Source: Candidatus Bathyarchaeota archaeon (GTDB lineage: Archaea; Thermoproteota; Bathyarchaeia; Bathyarchaeales; Bathycorpusculaceae). From it: 64,000 bases of DNA. The stretch covers positions 256,001 through 320,000 of the forward strand of contig CAWHVC010000003.1 in assembly GCA_963832745.1 (NCBI GenBank), in the 5' to 3' direction. Position numbers and translations under genes: made by a program. The notes under the pieces are model-generated. The model was not told the origin of the DNA. It did no database searches and was given only the letters and a program-made list of their open reading frames with translations. Positions 49,080 through 58,497 of the stretch are shown piece by piece (positions within the stretch are counted from its first letter, which is position 1; each line of letters opens with the position of its first letter).

Positions 49080-49499
49080 TCATTTAATCGTCTTTTTGTA
49101 TTCGAGTGGTCGAATTATTGCAAATTGTTTAAATTTCTTCCAGTCGCCAACGTCTTCAGTGATAATTTTTTCTAAACCCTTAAGACGCATACATGCTGCA
49201 TGCACTGAATCATAACCAACACCTGACGCACTCGTTAACTTGGCCGCTTCCTCCATGGTTTGCTCGTCAATTGTTATCATATTAATGGGAAGCGAAAATA
49301 ACGCTTGCAACGCCAAACCAGCCTTTTGCGCGTCAATTCGAGCTAAAGCCCCAAGAAGCTCAATTGGCACCATAAAACTGCAGTAAGCCTTAATTTTTTG
49401 GTCTTGAATATCATCAACTATTTGTTTGCAGGATTCACCGTAGACTGGATGCGCTAAAGCGGAGTAAATGAAAATGTTAGTGTCTATGTAGTAACTCAA
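49080..49499 (-). CDS. vapC: VapC PIN-domain toxin
   Basis: YIDTNIF, PIEL, YDSVHAA and ITED. Confidence 0.9.
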   Translation of the reverse strand: MSYYIDTNIFIYSALAHPVYGESCKQIVDDIQDQKIKAYCSFMVPIELLGALARIDAQKAGLALQALFSLPINMITIDEQTMEEAAKLTSASGVGYDSVHAACMRLKGLEKIITEDVGDWKKFKQFAIIRPLEYKKTIK

Positions 49500-49777
49500 T
49501 TTTTGTTTGCCCTTTTGGTTTTTCTCACTTCAAGAGACGGTTGGGTATTTTCTAAGGATTCTTCAATCAGCTTTACAGCATCAACATCCATCGGTTTCCC
49601 AAAAAGACACCACAACGTGTCTGAAGGATTAGAAACACGCTTCGGAGACTCCATTATGATGCGGTTGTTCTCAGATTTCACTAAAAGTTTGTCGCCTATT
49701 TTGACACCCAATTCAGAGCGTACACTTTCAGGGATAGTAACTTGGTATTTCCGAGTAACTTTAACCTCGTCTTTCAA
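49496..49777 (-). CDS. AbrB/MazE-family antitoxin
   Basis: KVTRKYQVTIPESVRSELGVKIGD; TTG 49777 preferred over the longer track start. Confidence 0.88.
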   Translation of the reverse strand: MKDEVKVTRKYQVTIPESVRSELGVKIGDKLLVKSENNRIIMESPKRVSNPSDTLWCLFGKPMDVDAVKLIEESLENTQPSLEVRKTKRANKN

Positions 49778-49869
49778 AAGGAACCCCAAAAACTTAGTAG
49801 TACATGAGTAGTACTTAAAAATATCTGAAAGAACACCTGATTTGCAAAAGGGCATAAAAAATTTTGTAC

Positions 49870-50328
49870 TCATTCTTTTCGGAAAACCGATCCGAACATC
49901 ATTTGTTCTATTTTGCCGTTTTTGCCTGTAACCCACACCTCATCCGCCAGCTCAACCACCTTATCGACACTTTCGCCTGCCGTCTCGGGAAAAACTGCGA
50001 CCACATAACTGTCCCGGGGCAAACACTTCTGCAGCACAGCAAGCCGCACCCTAAGCCTACTCAACCTCACCTTGGAGGCGCATTCAACCCCAAACACTGT
50101 GCCTATTGAATGCTTGGCAAGGACTTTAACAAAAACCGTTTTGCCTCCAAAAGCGATGGGTACATCAAACTTTATGTCGGTAAATCCTCTGTCGTTCCAA
50201 AGCTTCAAAGCCGCTGCAACCTTGAGGGCTCCAATGGTTGGGGAACTTTTGCGTGCTGCCATGTAATTTGCTTTGAGTTCAGCAGGTAATTTGGCTATAA
50301 TATCAGCCTGAGAATCATCGGGTGACAT
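49870..50328 (-). CDS. Hypothetical protein, possibly a degenerate PD-(D/E)XK-like fold
   Basis: ALK..AALKLW..GF..VKVLAK..GVECAS..ADEVWV pattern; overlaps the upstream RHH gene. Confidence 0.6.
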   Translation of the reverse strand: MSPDDSQADIIAKLPAELKANYMAARKSSPTIGALKVAAALKLWNDRGFTDIKFDVPIAFGGKTVFVKVLAKHSIGTVFGVECASKVRLSRLRVRLAVLQKCLPRDSYVVAVFPETAGESVDKVVELADEVWVTGKNGKIEQMMFGSVFRKE

Positions 50329-50486
50329 TTGGAGCAGCCTCCATTTTTTTTGAGTAATTGTGCTTTTTCGTTAACTAAAACTCTGATGAGTTCGGCATTA
50401 TTTTGAATACCATAATATTTTTTCAGGGCTTCAATCTTTCTTTTTAGGTCTTCTTCCAATTCTACGTTTACTTGTGTGATACTCAT
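50295..50486 (-). CDS. Ribbon-helix-helix-like small protein
   Basis: QVNVELEEDLKRKIEALKKYYGIQNNAELIRVLV. Confidence 0.8.
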   Translation of the reverse strand: MSITQVNVELEEDLKRKIEALKKYYGIQNNAELIRVLVNEKAQLLKKNGGCSKCHPMILRLIL

Positions 50487-50490
50487 TTCA

Positions 50491-50535
50491 GTAACCGCCA
50501 GTAACTATTAGTTACATTTCATTATGAGCGGTTAC
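50491..50535. promoter_or_regulatory. Nested GTAAC/GTTAC palindromes (candidate RHH operators)
   Basis: GTAACTATTAGTTAC at 50501-50515; GTAACCGC at 50491-50498 is the reverse complement of GCGGTTAC at 50528-50535. Confidence 0.65.
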
Positions 50536-50645
50536 AATTTAAGTTCTTTCATCAAATTCGTGACTAAAATTAAAGACAACAAAACAACGGCTTGTAAAAC
50601 CTTATATTCACTTTTTACACAAATGATTACAAGACGTGATAATCT

Positions 50646-50813
50646 ATGACGGAACATGACGATGCACCGCAAGTAAGAGTGGTTTTTGAAGGCGAACTCA
50701 GAAATAGATTCGAAGCTGTAAAAAGATATTATGGCATAGCAAGAAACGCAGATTTAATCCGAATGCTTGTCACCCTAAAATATGAAGACCTGAAAAAGGA
50801 AGGACGAATCTAA
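50646..50813 (+). CDS. Ribbon-helix-helix-like small protein (55 aa), paralog of 50295-50486, not in the ORF track
   Basis: MTEHDDAPQVRVVFEGELRNRFEAVKRYYGIARNADLIRMLVTLKYEDLKKEGRI; GTGA SD. Confidence 0.85.
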   Translation: MTEHDDAPQVRVVFEGELRNRFEAVKRYYGIARNADLIRMLVTLKYEDLKKEGRI

Positions 50814-50933
50814 ACACACAAGCCTTTAGACACTTTTGTCTTTTTAATAGGGCTTATTTTATTCGGTTTTTTGATTGCCAAAATTGCTTATATGGACTGG
50901 CTGGTTGTGGCTTGTTGGGCGGGAAGCTCCATA

Positions 50934-51165
50934 ATGGGCCATGCTAGTGCCCGACTTGCATTTTGCTGTTCAACGCTTATCATTGCTTTCTTTGAAGCTC
51001 TATGTCGCTGCCAACCTATTAGCAACCTATTAGAAACTTTATGCAGAAACCTATAGGGGCAGGTAAAAACCAACCTCTTTTTGGAATAACGGAAAAAAAT
51101 CCCTAAGGGGGGTGTAGGTCCGTATTGGCTGAAAACACGCTCATGAGTATGTTGAAAATCAGTAG
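50934..51165 (+). repeat. Dispersed non-coding repeat, copy D
   Basis: ATGGGCCATGCTAGTGCCCGACTTGCAT...CCTATTAGCAACCTATTAG...ATGCAGAAACCTATAGGGGCAGGTA...CTAAGGGGGGTGTAGG..TTGGCTGAAAA. Confidence 0.85.
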
Positions 51166-51177
51166 TTATTTTTGTGG

Positions 51178-52032
51178 TTAGAGTTGCCATAGCGTTTTGG
51201 CGGTGTGTGAGGCTTTCTCTATCAAAGACAGAACCGTTGGGTGCGGCAAACCGAGTTTGTGTTCGTAAAAGTCTATGTCATGTTCAAGCACCTGCCGTAT
51301 GAGCACAATGCCAACATCAACCAGCCTTAGTCTGGTTTCGATACTGACACCCCGCAGGCAACTCAACGGGTACAGCTTATGTTTTTCAACCACGTCCCGC
51401 AAGCCAGAACCTTCCGGAGAAGCCCAACCAATCTGCACGATGCCCCGGCAGCCGCCATAAGTCAAAGCGTGCTCGGAGTACTTGGTGTTTGTGACTATGA
51501 CGGCTTTGTCGATTTTGATTTTGGTTACGCCTTGCTGGTAGCCTTCTGTTACGTCTTCAAGTATTGCTCGGGCGATGCGTGTTTCGTCCAAGCCAGTTAA
51601 GCCGTGGTAATTGAAGTGGTGTTTTGCTTCAACAAAATAGGTTAAACCATTCTTGGATGCAATCGCGTCAGCCTCATGTTCCCCACACAAACCCTGCAGA
51701 ATCGTGTTAGGTTGAACCTCAAAGCCGCTGTGTGCCAAGACGGTTTGGATGAAAACTTCAAATTCGGGTTTAGGCTCCATCAAACTTATGCCCCGACGCA
51801 AATCAAAGATGTGCCGAAGGGCAGGTTTGGGTTTACGCATCAAACTAAAAATGTACTGGAGAACCTTGCGTGTCGGTATGCCCTCGTAAAGGCGCCGTTC
51901 AACCTGCACGGCTACACGTTCAGCAGTTTCAGGGTCAGCACCCATCCGCAGGCAAGTCTGCACCACTTTTCCGTGGTCATACTGTTGTGTGGAACCGTCT
52001 GCTTTAGTTACAAAAGTCAAACGCCAAATCAT
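51178..52032 (-). CDS. ATP-cone plus Mrr-like restriction endonuclease domain protein
   Basis: VTKADGSTQQYDHGKV (ATP cone); FE..HEADAIA..FVEAKHH..IVTNTKYS (Mrr-cat). Confidence 0.85.
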   Translation of the reverse strand: MIWRLTFVTKADGSTQQYDHGKVVQTCLRMGADPETAERVAVQVERRLYEGIPTRKVLQYIFSLMRKPKPALRHIFDLRRGISLMEPKPEFEVFIQTVLAHSGFEVQPNTILQGLCGEHEADAIASKNGLTYFVEAKHHFNYHGLTGLDETRIARAILEDVTEGYQQGVTKIKIDKAVIVTNTKYSEHALTYGGCRGIVQIGWASPEGSGLRDVVEKHKLYPLSCLRGVSIETRLRLVDVGIVLIRQVLEHDIDFYEHKLGLPHPTVLSLIEKASHTAKTLWQL

Positions 52033-52154
52033 CCTGCAATGACATTGGAGCCAAGGTTGTTTAAACTTTTACTGCAAAACAGCATTTTTAAGCATAATTT
52101 TGCAAAAAAACAGTGACTTTATAAGGAAACACAACTTTTTAATCAATCGGTGAT

Positions 52155-53282
52155 TTGCAATTGAAAAAATTGCTCACGACAAGTTTAGTAATATTAACTA
52201 CAATCCTGTTGTTTTCAGTTATTCCAACCAATTTTGGCAACGCACAAGACCAAACTAAATACAAGATTTCAGGTTACGTTTTAAATTCAAACGGTCAAGG
52301 AATTGACCATGCAAACGTTCTACTCCCAGGAGAGTACACTTCATTTGACACTGTTTGGTCTAACGCTTCAGGCTACTACGAGCTTTCAGCTCCAGAAGGC
52401 ACATACATTTTAGGCGTTTGGCCACCATTTGACTCAAACTACATGAACTACGCCGAATCAGGCTTTGTAGTTAACTCAGACGTAAGCAAAAACATAACTC
52501 TGGAAACAGGCATCAAAGTTTCAGGTTACATAACAAGCGAATCAGGCACGCCTGTTTTAGGAGCCTCAGTTCACTTCAGCACCAACGGAGGCTACTACGG
52601 TTCAGGATACTTCACAAATCAAGCAGGTTACTATTTCATAAATGTTCCAGCAGGAACTTACACAATAACTGCTTACCCAAGAACTGGCAACTATACAACC
52701 CCCACAACCCAATTCACACCTTACACGGAAGAAAACTTTGCAGTCTCCGAAACAACAACCAAAAACATAACAGTACAAACAACCGAGCCCACACCAACAC
52801 CCACTCCCGCTTCTACACCCACCCCTACTGGTGGAATACAAATCTTCAAAATCGAATCAAACAGCACATGGACTAACCTGTACTTCAACAGCACAAGTGT
52901 AACCTTAACCTTCACTGTCAGCGGAGAAAACGGAACCACCGGCTACACCAAAGCATACATAGCAAAAACCTTAGTACCCGCCTTCACAGGAGCCACAGTA
53001 GCCTTAGATGGAAAAAGCACAAACTTCACCGTCACCGAAACAACAGACTACTGGGTTTTCGAATTCACATACCACCACAGCACACACCAAGTAGCAATAG
53101 ACTTAGCCAACGATGACAACCAAGAAGTTGACACAAACCCGTTACCAAACACAAGCCCAGCAGACACAAGCACAATCCCCGAATTCCCACTATTTGCAGT
53201 AGTCGGAACCATTGTTTTAGCAAGTGCCGCATTAGTCTTGGTAAGAAAGAAAAACAGCCAGCCATCAATGCGCCCCGTTTAA
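52155..53282 (+). CDS. Secreted carboxypeptidase-regulatory-like repeat protein with PEF-CTERM sorting signal
   Basis: Signal peptide, two ISGYV..G.Y..P.GTY repeats, PT linker, IPEFP plus TM plus RKK. Confidence 0.85.
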   Translation: MQLKKLLTTSLVILTTILLFSVIPTNFGNAQDQTKYKISGYVLNSNGQGIDHANVLLPGEYTSFDTVWSNASGYYELSAPEGTYILGVWPPFDSNYMNYAESGFVVNSDVSKNITLETGIKVSGYITSESGTPVLGASVHFSTNGGYYGSGYFTNQAGYYFINVPAGTYTITAYPRTGNYTTPTTQFTPYTEENFAVSETTTKNITVQTTEPTPTPTPASTPTPTGGIQIFKIESNSTWTNLYFNSTSVTLTFTVSGENGTTGYTKAYIAKTLVPAFTGATVALDGKSTNFTVTETTDYWVFEFTYHHSTHQVAIDLANDDNQEVDTNPLPNTSPADTSTIPEFPLFAVVGTIVLASAALVLVRKKNSQPSMRPV

Positions 53283-53409
53283 CAACCAAGTTTTAAAAAC
53301 TTGCTAACCCAGATCTTTTTTAGTTTTTACTCAATTTTACCTGAATTAATTTTGGGAGATTGCAAATTCTTTTTAGTAGCCTCTGATACTCAATCACAGA
53401 GAACAGAAA

Positions 53410-53610
53410 ATGCCCAAAGTAAAGTATAACCCAGAAAAAGTCCAAAAACAAAAAAGAATAATCGGCGTAGTAGCAGTAATACTTCTGTTGATTGTTACAG
53501 TTTACGCAATAGTTACGGGGCTTGGCTTTATTGTTTGGGTTATCATTGACTTGATTATAGCAGGGGTAGCTAATTTGCTGCTGCGAAGAGTCGGAAAAGT
53601 ACCCCTATAG
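53410..53610 (+). CDS. Small two-TM membrane protein
   Basis: Basic N-terminus followed by two hydrophobic helices. Confidence 0.7.
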   Translation: MPKVKYNPEKVQKQKRIIGVVAVILLLIVTVYAIVTGLGFIVWVIIDLIIAGVANLLLRRVGKVPL

Positions 53611-53674
53611 CAAAGCTTTAGAGCGAACAATGTTAAATATCAATTCAACGCTAATGCTACAGTAGTGACCAGTT

Positions 53675-53998
53675 ATGAGCAGCCAGTTTGTTTGGGCCAT
53701 AAGAAGTGACGATTTAAAAGAAAACACCATAAAAACGGTTACAGTTGTTGGCAGAAACATTTTGCTAATTAAACGTGAAGGCAACGTTTATGCGGTTGCA
53801 AGCCGCTGCCCCCACATGGGATGCGACCTATCAAAAGGACAACTAAAAGACAACATCCTTATTTGCCCCTGCCACTTCTGGAGTTTTGACATCACAAACG
53901 GTGAATACCAAAGCAACAAAGCAATTAAACTGTTAACTTTTGACTGCAAAATAGAAAACGGAGACGTCTACGTTAGACCGTTTAAAGACTTCTACTAA
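53675..53998 (+). CDS. Rieske [2Fe-2S] ferredoxin
   Basis: CPHMG...CPCH motifs. Confidence 0.92.
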   Translation: MSSQFVWAIRSDDLKENTIKTVTVVGRNILLIKREGNVYAVASRCPHMGCDLSKGQLKDNILICPCHFWSFDITNGEYQSNKAIKLLTFDCKIENGDVYVRPFKDFY

Positions 53999-54024
53999 TA
54001 ATCATCCCTTCAGAGATAAACGGC

Positions 54025-55137
54025 GTGTTAAATCAAAAAGCTCCAGAAACAAGCCAAGAAAAACAGGAAATTCCAGCCTCAATTGGCAAAAGCTCAACTG
54101 CAGTCTCTGCTGACCTAATCCGCACAATAGCTGTACTACTAATTATTCTTCTTCACGCAGCCGCTTTTCCCCCACAATTACCCGCTGAAATTACGACTCA
54201 AGCAGCATTTGGCTGGTTTACTGCAGACATTTATGATGCTTTTGGACGCATAGGGGTTCCACTGTTTGTTATGTTGAGCGGTTTTTTTCTGCTTGATAAA
54301 TCTAAAGCCGACGAACCGTTGGGAGTGTTTTTTAAGAAACGGTTTAACCGTGTTGGATTGCCGTTTATTTTTTGGAGTGTCACTTACTTTTTTTGGAACG
54401 GCTATGTTCATGGAGCCTCGTTAACGTTTGATAGTGCCGTTGATGCAGCGTTTTCTGGGGCGTATGTTCATTTGTGGTTTTTGTATCTGCTTGTCGGATT
54501 ATATCTTGTTACGCCCCTGCTCAGAGTGTTTGTTAAGTATCTGGATTGGAAACGTTTCAAGTACCTTGTGGCTTTATGGTTTTTAGGCACAGTTACTGTT
54601 CCGTTAATCATCACTTTTGCTGGATTAGACTTTAATCCGGTAATTTTTGTTTTCACTGGCTGGATGGGCTACTACCTTTTGGGTGTTTTCCTGCAGAAAA
54701 TCAAGATTCGAAAATCTATTCTTTTGCTTGCCGCAGCGTTAGGGTTAACTGGCGCAGTTTTAGGTGCATATGTTTCGACAGCTTTAATCGGTGAGAGAGT
54801 TACCACTTTTTTCCATGAATCATTAAGCTTCAATTTGATTATAGCTTCAGTGGCAGTGTATTTACTACTGAACACCCTTGCCTCAAACAGAATCCTGAGT
54901 TACAACAAAGTAAACACCTTACTGCATTGGGTTGGTCAGAACACGTTACCGATTTACTTGATGCATTACATGATTTTGGAAAGCTTGATGTTTGGTTTTT
55001 TCGGGTTCACCCTAAACGCTTCTGTGCTTAACCCAATAATAGAAATTCCTCTACTCACAGTGGTCACGTTTAGTTTGACTGTTTTGATTGTTTACCCGTT
55101 AAAGAAAATACCTATCGTGAAAAGAATAATCGGGTAA
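54025..55137 (+). CDS. Acyltransferase-3 family membrane protein
   Basis: DLIR..LH, VPLFVMLSG, KRFNR, HLWFLY and IYLMH. Confidence 0.92.
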   Translation: MLNQKAPETSQEKQEIPASIGKSSTAVSADLIRTIAVLLIILLHAAAFPPQLPAEITTQAAFGWFTADIYDAFGRIGVPLFVMLSGFFLLDKSKADEPLGVFFKKRFNRVGLPFIFWSVTYFFWNGYVHGASLTFDSAVDAAFSGAYVHLWFLYLLVGLYLVTPLLRVFVKYLDWKRFKYLVALWFLGTVTVPLIITFAGLDFNPVIFVFTGWMGYYLLGVFLQKIKIRKSILLLAAALGLTGAVLGAYVSTALIGERVTTFFHESLSFNLIIASVAVYLLLNTLASNRILSYNKVNTLLHWVGQNTLPIYLMHYMILESLMFGFFGFTLNASVLNPIIEIPLLTVVTFSLTVLIVYPLKKIPIVKRIIG

Positions 55138-55192
55138 AGATTTGCAAGCCTTTGATGCTTGGATTATTCAGCTACATTAAATAAGAGCGTTA

Positions 55193-55672
55193 ATGCTTTT
55201 TGGTCAAAACGACAATATCATATTTGAGGGGAACCCAGGTTTGGACGAAGTCTTAGAAATGTTAGACAGAACCACTAAAAGATTACAAAATCTACTTGAA
55301 GAAACAAAATCAACCGCAAACAAGCAGGCAACAGCTTACGCTCAGATTTTGCAGTCACCAACAGCTACACAAGACCAGAAAATCAAAATTTTCATAGCTA
55401 GAAATCTGGAGCTTGACCGAATTGACCGAGTATCCTCTCAGTTAAGTTTGCTTTATGCGCTTCAGATTTTCGCTTTCAAAGTTAAAGTGCTTGAAGTCTC
55501 CGTTGGCAACATTAACGAGCAGTTAACCAAGTCAGGCATGATGCAGAAAAGCGGCGAATTGGATGATATTAAAAAGAATATTGATGCTCTCAAAATTCTA
55601 GTTGAAGCTCAGTATGAAGCAATGAAGCAAGTACGAGAAGACCAGAATAAAACGTTAAATTATATTCATTAA
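55193..55672 (+). CDS. Hypothetical coiled-coil protein
   Basis: 159-aa helical ORF with host-like composition. Confidence 0.7.
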   Translation: MLFGQNDNIIFEGNPGLDEVLEMLDRTTKRLQNLLEETKSTANKQATAYAQILQSPTATQDQKIKIFIARNLELDRIDRVSSQLSLLYALQIFAFKVKVLEVSVGNINEQLTKSGMMQKSGELDDIKKNIDALKILVEAQYEAMKQVREDQNKTLNYIH

Positions 55673-55850
55673 CGTCAATTTTTGGGCAACAAGTTTGCCT
55701 ATAACGTTTTTTCTTACATAAATAGCTAAAAAGCATCTTTGGGCTAACCGATAATTTCAGCGATTAACTGCGCAAGCCTTTTTAAGCAAAATCTCCCCTA
55801 ATCGCAAGTTCAGAATTATAAAAATAGTGTTTCGTGGTGCTGCCCAAAAT

Positions 55851-58481
55851 ATGAGTCAATGGCATTCCAAACAAACACAAGAACTCATTGACGAGTCAGA
55901 AGTGAATCCAAATAAGGGTTTAACTGATGAAGAGGTAGCAAAAAGGCTAAATCAGTACGGCAAAAACAGTTTAGTCGAGGAGCATCAGATTCGGTTTTTG
56001 GAGATTTTCAAGGAAGAAGTCACTGAACCGATGATTCTGCTGCTTTTAGCCATCGGTGTGCTTTACAGCGTTTTAGGTTTTGTTACAGGCTCAGGCTTCA
56101 CTGACGCCATAACAATCATAGTCATTATCGTTTTGCTTGTTTTAGCTGAAGTCTATAACGAGTACAGAGCCAAACGGTCCATTTCAGCGTTAAGACAACT
56201 GGCGCCGCCAACTGCACAGGTATTAAGAAACAGCCAAACCACTATAGTGCAAACCGCTGATTTGGTTCCCGGCGATGTTTTGCTCTTAAAAGTTGGGCAG
56301 CGTGTTCCAGCAGATGCCAGACTTTTGGAAGCTTACGGTTTAGAAGTTGACGAGTCATCCTTAACTGGTGAATCATTCCCTGTCTCCAAAGACGCCGCAG
56401 TTGTTTTACCAAAGGAGGCACGCATCACTGACCAAACCAACATGTTGTTTACAGGCACGGTTATTACTCGTGGACGCGCTAAAGCGCTCATCACTACAAC
56501 AGGCGTAAAAACGGAACTGGGCAGAGTTGCAGGTATAACTAAAGCTGGAAAAGAACCTAAAACAGCGCTTCAACTCGCAATGAAACAGTTGTCTAAAACG
56601 CTTGTGTGGGTTGCGTTATTCTTTAGCATACTAATCCCCCTGCTTAGTTACCTCCGTGGGTTGCAGCCTAACCCAGCAGAAGCAGTCCTTTATGGGTTAT
56701 CATTAGCGTTTGTGGTTATTCCAGAAGAACTTCCAATTATAATTACTATGGTTTTAGGCGTCGGCAGCTATGCGCTTTCACGTAAAGGCGCCATAGTAAA
56801 ACGTTTACGTGCCGCGGAAACCTTAGGAAACGTAACAGTGATTGCTACTGATAAAACAGGCACTATAACAGAAAACAAGATGCGAATCGAACATCTTTAC
56901 TTTGACGGAAAAATCAGCGGCACAGGCGCATTTCATGAAAACGAGAAAGCTGCCCTTCGAACAGCCCTTCTCGCAAGCGATGGCATTAAATCAGACAGCA
57001 CCAGCCTAGGCAACCCGATGGCTCAAGCGGTTCTTGAACGCTTAAAACAGGACGGAGTTAATGCCGCAACTGTTGCAAAAGGCTGGATTCTTAGGGACGA
57101 ATACAGTTTCGACGTTAAACGTAAACTTGCCTCATACATTTACCAGTACGGCAACTCCAACATTGCCTTATCAAGCGGTGCCCCAGAGAACCTACTGGCA
57201 AACGCCTCTAAAATCTTGCTCAGAGGCGAAGAAGCCCCATTAACCGAGACTTTACGGACAGAAGCTACACAAGCCATGACACGGATGGCGCATGCTGGTG
57301 AAAGGCTTTTAGCGTTTGGTTACCGCCGAATCCACCTGGACCAAACAAGCGATATTATAACAGATGTTGAACGAGACATCGTTTTTGTAGGCATCATCGG
57401 CTTTATTGACCCTCCACGCAAAGAAGTTCAAGGCGCAATCCGCACTTGCCAACAAGCAGGCATAAAAGTAGTCATGATTACAGGTGACCACCCAGAAACT
57501 GCAAAGGCAATCGCTGGCCAAGTTGGCATAAACAGCAGCAACATACTCACAGGCGTTCAAATCGCTCAGATGTCTGATGAAAGCTTAAAGGAAGCATTAA
57601 AACGCACGTACGTGTTTGCACGGGTTACGCCTGAAGATAAGTTGCGGTTGGTTAAGCTGCTGCGCGAAAACGGGGAAATCGTTGCAGTTACAGGCGACGG
57701 CATCAATGATGCACCAGCCCTTAAGGAAGCACACATTGGCATTGCAATGGGCATAAGGGGCACTGATGTCGCTAAAGAAGCTGCAAGTATGATACTGACC
57801 GATGATAATTTTGCAACAATCGAAACTGCCGTCAGTCAAGGCCGCAAACTCTACAGCAATCTCCGCAAAGGCGTACGTTACTACTTAGCATGCAAAGTCG
57901 CTTTGGTATCAATCTTTCTTGTTCCAGTCATGTTAGGCATCCCACTGCCTTTTGCGCCTATACAAATTATTGTGCTTGAACTATTCATGGACCTTGCCGC
58001 ATCCGCCACCTTCGTCGCAGAACCAGCTGAAAAAGGTTCAATGAGAAAGCCGCCAACAGAAAAAGAAGAGAAATTCATGAACCAATCCATGCTGCAAGGC
58101 TTATTTGCAGGCGCGGTTAGCCTGTTTGCAGCAGTCACAGCCACTTACCTATTCACATGGTTTACAACCCAGAACATGCCTTATGCCCAGACGGTTGCGT
58201 TTGCAACATGGATGTTTGGACACATCTTTTTGGCTTTCAACTTCCGTTCAGAACAGACGCCGTTGATTAAGCAGGGTGTGTTGTCAAACAAGGTGATGCT
58301 GCTTTGGGCCCTGCTGGCGATTGTTGTACTGCTTGTGGGCACAAACCTTGCGTTCGTTCAGACGGCACTGCAGATTACAAGCTTAAGCTTAACTGATTGG
58401 GTGCTTGTTGTTTTGGTTTCCTTTGTTTCTACCTTCTGGATGGAAATTAGAAAAATCTTGCAAAGAAGCAACAACTTTTAA
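55851..58481 (+). CDS. Cation-transporting P-type ATPase (P2A-like)
   Basis: TGES, PEEL, DKTGT, DPPR, TGD and GDGINDAP. Confidence 0.95.
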   Translation: MSQWHSKQTQELIDESEVNPNKGLTDEEVAKRLNQYGKNSLVEEHQIRFLEIFKEEVTEPMILLLLAIGVLYSVLGFVTGSGFTDAITIIVIIVLLVLAEVYNEYRAKRSISALRQLAPPTAQVLRNSQTTIVQTADLVPGDVLLLKVGQRVPADARLLEAYGLEVDESSLTGESFPVSKDAAVVLPKEARITDQTNMLFTGTVITRGRAKALITTTGVKTELGRVAGITKAGKEPKTALQLAMKQLSKTLVWVALFFSILIPLLSYLRGLQPNPAEAVLYGLSLAFVVIPEELPIIITMVLGVGSYALSRKGAIVKRLRAAETLGNVTVIATDKTGTITENKMRIEHLYFDGKISGTGAFHENEKAALRTALLASDGIKSDSTSLGNPMAQAVLERLKQDGVNAATVAKGWILRDEYSFDVKRKLASYIYQYGNSNIALSSGAPENLLANASKILLRGEEAPLTETLRTEATQAMTRMAHAGERLLAFGYRRIHLDQTSDIITDVERDIVFVGIIGFIDPPRKEVQGAIRTCQQAGIKVVMITGDHPETAKAIAGQVGINSSNILTGVQIAQMSDESLKEALKRTYVFARVTPEDKLRLVKLLRENGEIVAVTGDGINDAPALKEAHIGIAMGIRGTDVAKEAASMILTDDNFATIETAVSQGRKLYSNLRKGVRYYLACKVALVSIFLVPVMLGIPLPFAPIQIIVLELFMDLAASATFVAEPAEKGSMRKPPTEKEEKFMNQSMLQGLFAGAVSLFAAVTATYLFTWFTTQNMPYAQTVAFATWMFGHIFLAFNFRSEQTPLIKQGVLSNKVMLLWALLAIVVLLVGTNLAFVQTALQITSLSLTDWVLVVLVSFVSTFWMEIRKILQRSNNF

Positions 58482-58497
58482 ACCATTAAAGCCCTAC

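Noticed and set aside
50888-51190. 100-aa minus-strand ORF spanning repeat copy D
   Set aside because: The equivalent frame in copy B contains stop codons and indels, so it is likely a chance open frame
52786-52830. CCCACACCAACACCCACT-type short repeats
   Set aside because: They encode an ordinary Pro/Thr linker of a surface protein
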